A stretch of DNA of 64,000 nt from the human T2T-CHM13v2.0 reference genome, Homo sapiens. Below are positions 57,598 to 64,000 of the stretch, piece by piece (within the stretch, counting starts at the first letter, position 1; every line of letters starts with the position of its first letter). The stretch lies in the NCBI RefSeq assembly GCF_009914755.1, contig NC_060926.1; one strand, 5' to 3'. The notes below the pieces were generated by a model. That model ran no database searches and was not told the origin of the DNA. It worked only from the letters and a program-made list of their open reading frames with translations. The position numbers and the translations under genes are program-made.

Positions 57598-58550
57598 AGA
57601 AACATATATTGCTAAGTGAAAGAAGTTAATCTGACAAGGTTGCAAAAGTTGTAAGATTGCAACTACAAAACATTCTGGAAAAGATAAAAGTATACAGACA
57701 GGATCAGTTGTTACCAGGGATTCTGAAGGAGGGAGAGAAGAAGGGATGAACAGGTAAACCACAGAGGATTTTTAGGGCATTAAAACTATGTTGTATGATA
57801 CCACAAGGGTGAATACATGTCATTATACTGTTTGTCAAAATGCATAGAAGGTGTAACACAAAGAGCAAAACTGAATTTTAGGCCTTTGGTTGATAATGAT
57901 GTATAAATATTGGTTCGTCTATTGTAACAAACACACACCACTGGGGTGGGGGAGGTTGATGGTTGGGGGAAGGCTGAAGGGGACTATCCTCTATATTTCC
58001 TATTCAGTTTTGCTCTGGACCTAAAACAGTTCTTAAAAAATAAAGTCTATTAATTATTTTTAAATTAATTACATATGATAAGTTATTTCTAAAATAAAGT
58101 CCAGGTTCTGGTGTGTGCAGTTTAATACTAAATGTAATGCAATGGTTCTCCTGCTCATATAACAACAACAAAAAAAAATGCACCTTTTCCTTAAAACATA
58201 TCAGATTCTTTGAAAAATATAGTTCTCCAAGAGAAGCTGATCATATGTGATTTTATGAGAAATTCGACAGGCTTCCCATGTTGAGAAGCAGTTCTTATTG
58301 TCAAAATATGAAGTTTTACAATGTCACTTCACTTTTACAATGACGGTTTCAAAAGATTATGTCCCCAATGCCAATAAAGATACTTATACACCAAGCAGCC
58401 AATGTTCACCAATATGTATTAACTCTGCAGTTTTACCATATTACATATAATTGATTTCTTCATTCAATCTCTTGATATTTATTGCTTTTCTCTCCGAATA
58501 TATTTTAAAAATTCATGCATAAAGACCTCTCAATATAAAAAATTATTAAG

Positions 58551-58923
58551 AGCTGCCATAAAAAAGAATGAGTTCATGTCCTTTGCAGGGACATGAATGA
58601 AGCTGGAAACCATCATCCTCAGCAAACTAACACAGGAATAGAAAACCAAACGTTGCATGTTCTCACTCATTAGTGGGAGTTGAACAAAAAGAACACATAG
58701 ACACAGGGAGGGGAACATCACACACAGGGGCCCATCGGCGGGTGGAGGGAAAGGGGAGGAAAAGGGAGGGAAAGGCATTAGGAAAAATACCTAATGCATG
58801 CAGGGCTTAAAACCTAGATGACGGGTTGACAGATGCAGCAAACCACCATGGCACATGTACACCTATGTAACAAACCCACACATTCAGCACATGTATCCCA
58901 GAACTTAAAGTTAAAAAAAAAAA
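58551..58923 (+). mobile_element. Short L1PA 3' end (L1PA7/8-like)
   Basis: gccataaaaaagaatgagttcatgtcctttgcaggg...ggcttaaaacctagatgacgggttg...cccagaacttaaag plus A tail. Confidence 0.9.
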
Positions 58924-61177
58924 TCTCTTTAAAAGGAGTTGCCAAGTTGTAAATACACTAAATATTAAATGAGCTTAATACAGACATCTTGTTTCAAAAA
59001 CAAAAAGTAAAGTCTAATATCAGGATATTTTACTACTATGTTCTTAAGAATACAGTGATAGCAAATAAACTAAAAAAATTTTTTAAAGATGAGCAGAAGA
59101 CAGTCTCTACTCCAGAAACAAACTGAAAAAAAAAAAAAAACCAGAACAAAAGTAATGAGCACTTCATCAATAAAACAAAGACACAGCCATAACCACAAAC
59201 CACAAACTATTTTTAAAAATCTGCCAAATTATGCAATATCTGGAATCAAAATGAGAAATAATCCTGAGAGCCTATCTGCACTCCCTAAGAACTCAAGCAG
59301 AATAAAGATTTCCCTAAAATTTGAATGGTTCTAAAGCCCATTCCAGTAAACTCTAATTGGAGTTATGATATTAAGTTTCTACCTAGGAGAGAATAGGAAA
59401 GGTTTCTCCAGAAAACATGTCTATACCACAGAAGGAGAGAGAAAAAAAAAACAAAACAAGACATTCTTATTGTCAATGACCTAGCTTCCTAGCTCAGAAT
59501 GACTGCCAAAAGGGGTCAAAGAGAGGGACACAGCTATCACTAGACTACTTACTACATAGGCTCCTATGACTCGTGGGCCTCAATGGCACAGTGACCTTTA
59601 CAGTACTACAAACTGAGGTGAGACATGTCCCTCAAAGAAAAGAAATATCTTGGGTGATGGAGTATTTGAGATAACCCAAATAGAAGTGCAAATTTATCAC
59701 TTGCACTTCATTTAACCCCTCTCCCTAATACTCAATACATGCATCTAACATCACACTTTTTTCAGGCAATATCTGTCCTTAATGAAATTGATCCTATTCA
59801 AAAATGAGTAACAACCAGAAATAAATCAGCAAAGAAATTACACAGAACTACCAAAAACTGGGGTGGAGAAACATAGGCAAATGGCAGATTAAGAAAAAAA
59901 CTGTCAACAGAGACAGAAAAATCATACAAATAATTTCCAGTCTAAAAGAAGTGATAAAGAATATAAGCTACTTCAAAGTAAAGGGGTTCAAAGAAAATTA
60001 TGAAATATCTAAGAAAAGATAAGACAACTAAAGGAGATGAAAAGCGAGTTGGCAGGCTAAGGGTGAAGACTGGGAGGAAAAATCATAGATTAAAGCCACC
60101 AATGAAGTGACAACAACAAAACAGAATATTCAGTACTGAAACAGTCAGAAAAAGAAGGGACAGGCATTAAAAAAATGATGAAATGGAAATACAAAGATAT
60201 ATAAGAGATAAGTATAGAAGGTAAAAAGATACCCAGTTAATACATACTTAACATTCTTGCAAAAAAAAAACAAAAACAAAAAACAGCAGAACAAATGAAA
60301 GAGGAAAAAAAAGGAAAGATATAATAAAAGAAAACTTTTACTTAGGGAGAAGAAAGGAAATACTAACAAAAGAAACCATTCCAGAAAAACTGAATTCAAA
60401 GTAATTAACACTAAAACAAATTTTTCTGATGTTACGGAATTCAAGAGAGATAAAACATAAACATGAATTCCTTAGGTTATCAAGGTAAGAAAATCAATTC
60501 TGGCCTTAGACTTCTCTATATTACCATCAGTCACCATTATCTGGAGATGGTCAGGCAACGTCTTTCAGAGTTGTAAGGCAAAGATATGAAATCCAGTTAT
60601 GTGATACCCAGCCAAATTGACCATAAAGCTTAAAAGCAACCTACAAACACTTTCAAGCATCCAATTACTCAGAAAATACAACATCCATAAGCTCTTCTTA
60701 AGAAGTGTATACACATAAGGACAGACATATAAGTATATAGATATAGACATAACCAAAAGGGAGAACTATCAAATTCAGCCAGCTAAGAAATGAATCAAAC
60801 TAAAGAGTAAAAAAAAATAAAGAAATGGAGATATGTGTTAGTATAAAGACTAAATTTATTTTTGCAGGATGGACATAGAATAGCTTGTTTGTCCTCAGAA
60901 TGAATGGTTTTTACAGAAAGTAATCATGACAGGGTATGAATAATAAACAAGGCTGCTTTAATGCTACCTCCCATTATCAAGTAAAAAGAAAAGAAGAATA
61001 AAAAGGTATACTAAATTCTAACAGAATAATTTAGGGAGAATTGTTCCTACAGCCACAGGTACCCCAAAGAAACAAGTTATTCCTTTTCTGATCATCCAGA
61101 GATAGGACAGTCAGTGGATGTCAGCAGGTACACCAGAAGTGACATTTCCAATAGTCTCTGAATGTCCTGTGAAATAG

Positions 61178-61495
<318 letters not shown>

Positions 61496-61529
61496 TAGGA
61501 TCTCTGCTTTTATGAAGCCAACTGGATTT

Positions 61530-61574
61530 ATTACTTCCATGGCAAAAACCGCAATGACTTTTGCACCAACCTAA
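61530..61574. mobile_element. Half MADE1 (Hsmar1 mariner MITE, one TIR)
   Basis: attacttccatggcaaaaaccgcaatgacttttgcaccaacctaa matches one arm of the MADE1 palindrome. Confidence 0.85.
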
Positions 61575-64000
61575 CAGTAATGACTCTTTTGGCGAGCGAC
61601 CAAGCATTCTGGGGTTTTGCTATTCAGGAACAAATAATCCGCCAATCTTTTAAAAAATATACAACTAAAAGAAAATAAAACTCTTACATCTGAAGGATTA
61701 CACTTAAACTAAAACACAAAATTGTTATTTTATAATTAAGCTGCACAGGCCAATTTGATTTTACTCTACAGGAATTCAGGGTCTAAGAAAAGAAATTTAT
61801 TTTTAAAAAACAAAAATAAAGTGGTATTTATTTGGGAGCATTGGTTCCCCAGACTGGAATTTTCTAAGTGACCACACCTCTCAGGATTTTAGGACAATTT
61901 TCCATTATAAAAGAGTAGTTAGTAAGCACTGAATGCTTTTAAATATAAAACTAAAACTAAATAACTGTGAAAATTAATTATAAAATAGAATGCAAATGTT
62001 GCACAGCATGACAAGTTACAAATTTAATATAACTAATAAAAATTTGGAGGTGGGAGAAAGAAAGTCTGCTAATTTTTAACTTTTCACAGCAGGAAATAAA
62101 CTGATGAGATAATATGTAGTTAACTTTTAAAATGAAATGATCCTAGTCTCTTTTTTCATAATTGTTTTTTTCAACTTTAGTGAAAACACTTAATGCGAAT
62201 TCCTTATTGTAAAAAAATCACTTATTTAATTACTGTAATTCTTTTAATTTTCTTTCATTTCTGTTCAAATGAAATAACATCATTTTTATTTAAACAAAAA
62301 TAGTATGTAGGATACTCCTGCTTCACCTTCATTTTTTTCTTAGTTCTCCCTCTATAAATATATGTATGTGTGTGGGTATTTGTGGGTGTGGGTATGCAGA
62401 AGAGGGAAAACATCTGAAGTGATGTTCCAAGATATAATGATTATTTATGTGTAGTAGAATTTGTTTAATTTTTTATCCTTAATGGTTGTAATTTTTATAG
62501 TGAGTACATAATCATTTAATGCAAATCTTTATTTTAAGAGCTTGATAGGGCAATATTATTTAAATCATAAATCTGACTCAGAAGAGCAAATCATACATGC
62601 CCCCACATATTTCTGTACTTATTCATTCATTCACTCATTTATTCAATCAGTAACTAATGCCCACTATGTAGAAGTAAAATAGACATTAAACTGTATTAAA
62701 CTTAGGTGAGTGCCATTAGGCACTTAATAAGAGAAAGCTTATACTAGATAATTATAAACCATACATGAAACATGTTATGTTCTAAATGAAAAGCATTGTT
62801 CTCATAAAATATAAAACCTGGAAGAATAAATACAACATAAATACAACTAACAGAATTTAAACATTTAATTCATACTTAGTGAATGCTATAAATTTTTTTG
62901 TAATACAGTAGATATAAGATTTAAAAAAAAAAGAAAAAGGAGGTCATCTTATTCCAACCTTTAAACTAAAGCAAAATCTAAATAAATAAAAATGGCATCT
63001 CAACATAGTGGCATAGGTTTTGAGCCTTTCTAGTGAGAAAAAGGAACCATACTTCCCATTCTAGAAAAAACTGTTTTCTCTCACTCTGCTTTATTGTTAT
63101 TCAATATCTTCTACTTCACGCTATTCTCCTGAGTTACCTCCCTCTGTACAGCCTACCAATCTAATAAGCTTTTTGGCATAAAGGGGAAAGTCTAATGCCT
63201 TCTTAGCATATTTTTCCCTAAGAACACATTTAATCAAATGCCTTATTTCTAATTCCTCATCTCATAACTGTGTTGCTCTTTTTAAGAAACAATCTTTAAG
63301 AATTAACTGAATGAATAAAGTGATGGGAACCACCAGATTAAATTATTTACCAGAAACATTCTAAATTTCGGGGAGGGGGGGATGATATTTAAGCAAAAAT
63401 AATAACCAGCAAAACCTAAAAAGATTTTTTTTTTCAAAAATATGTATATCAATGCATGTCCTTGGTTTACACCTGGTTTTGCTCTGAAATGGGGGAAAGC
63501 CCAGATAACAACTCTTCAAAAACGTTAAATATAATTTCCTCCAGTTGCTTTTTGAAACCCACATACATAATGACATTTGTTAGCTGAGTCTCCACATATG
63601 CCCTGCAAAAAAGTGGTAAGCATTCTCAAAGGTGATGCAAACTGCAGGTATGCAACAGGAAATGCTAAAAAGTGTAGTATTTATACAGTGTTGAAAGTTC
63701 TCAGGGAGACGACTCAAAAGTATTTTTAAAACCATTCTTTGAAACTTGAAGTGCATTTAGCACCAAAACACAGATTTCATAAATATGAATGATAAACTTT
63801 ATATAAGTTATGAATTGCATATATCTTGCCATTTTTGAAAATTGTTTTGCTGGAAGACAATGTGATTATGTATCACCTTCTTTTTATTTATTTATTTATT
63901 TATTTTTTGCCCTATGATTCTTCATATCAACATAGAAGAATTCAGAGGGGAAAAAATTAAAACTGATCCATTTAAGTAACTTTGATACAAGCATATCCAA

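Noticed and set aside
59050-60800. A-rich region with weak L1 5'/ORF1-like character
   Set aside because: Probably an ancient L1M remnant, but too degenerate to assign boundaries or family by eye

Overview
Human intronic-type genomic DNA: AT-rich, CpG-poor, Alu/L1/L2/MIR/MER-laden, and carrying a near-consensus human-specific AluYb8. The only credible protein-coding sequence is one minus-strand exon (10647-10848) whose translation [21 protein letters not shown]...KWHWRAR I recognise as the N-terminus of GTDC1/QTMAN (queuosine-tRNA mannosyltransferase; known to neighbour ZEB2 on 2q22). The window is therefore mostly the 5' introns of that gene. I predict a 65-nt exon at 13559-13623 and further candidate 5'UTR exons at 31893-31917 and 37714-37775. 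Most notable: back-splicing of the 65-nt and 202-nt exons would give a 267-nt (89-codon) circle with the GTDC1 AUG and no in-frame stop, flanked by oppositely oriented Alu sequences. A 3-codon uORF has its stop overlapping the main start (AUGA), and a 63/64-identical direct repeat brackets the start-codon exon. Also present: a perfect 110-bp tandem duplication, two close head-to-head Alu pairs, and a two-LTR THE1 element nested in an old L1. No prokaryotic-type system, CRISPR array, tRNA or rRNA was seen. Repeat subfamily names come from remembered consensus sequences, and boundaries of old repeats are approximate.
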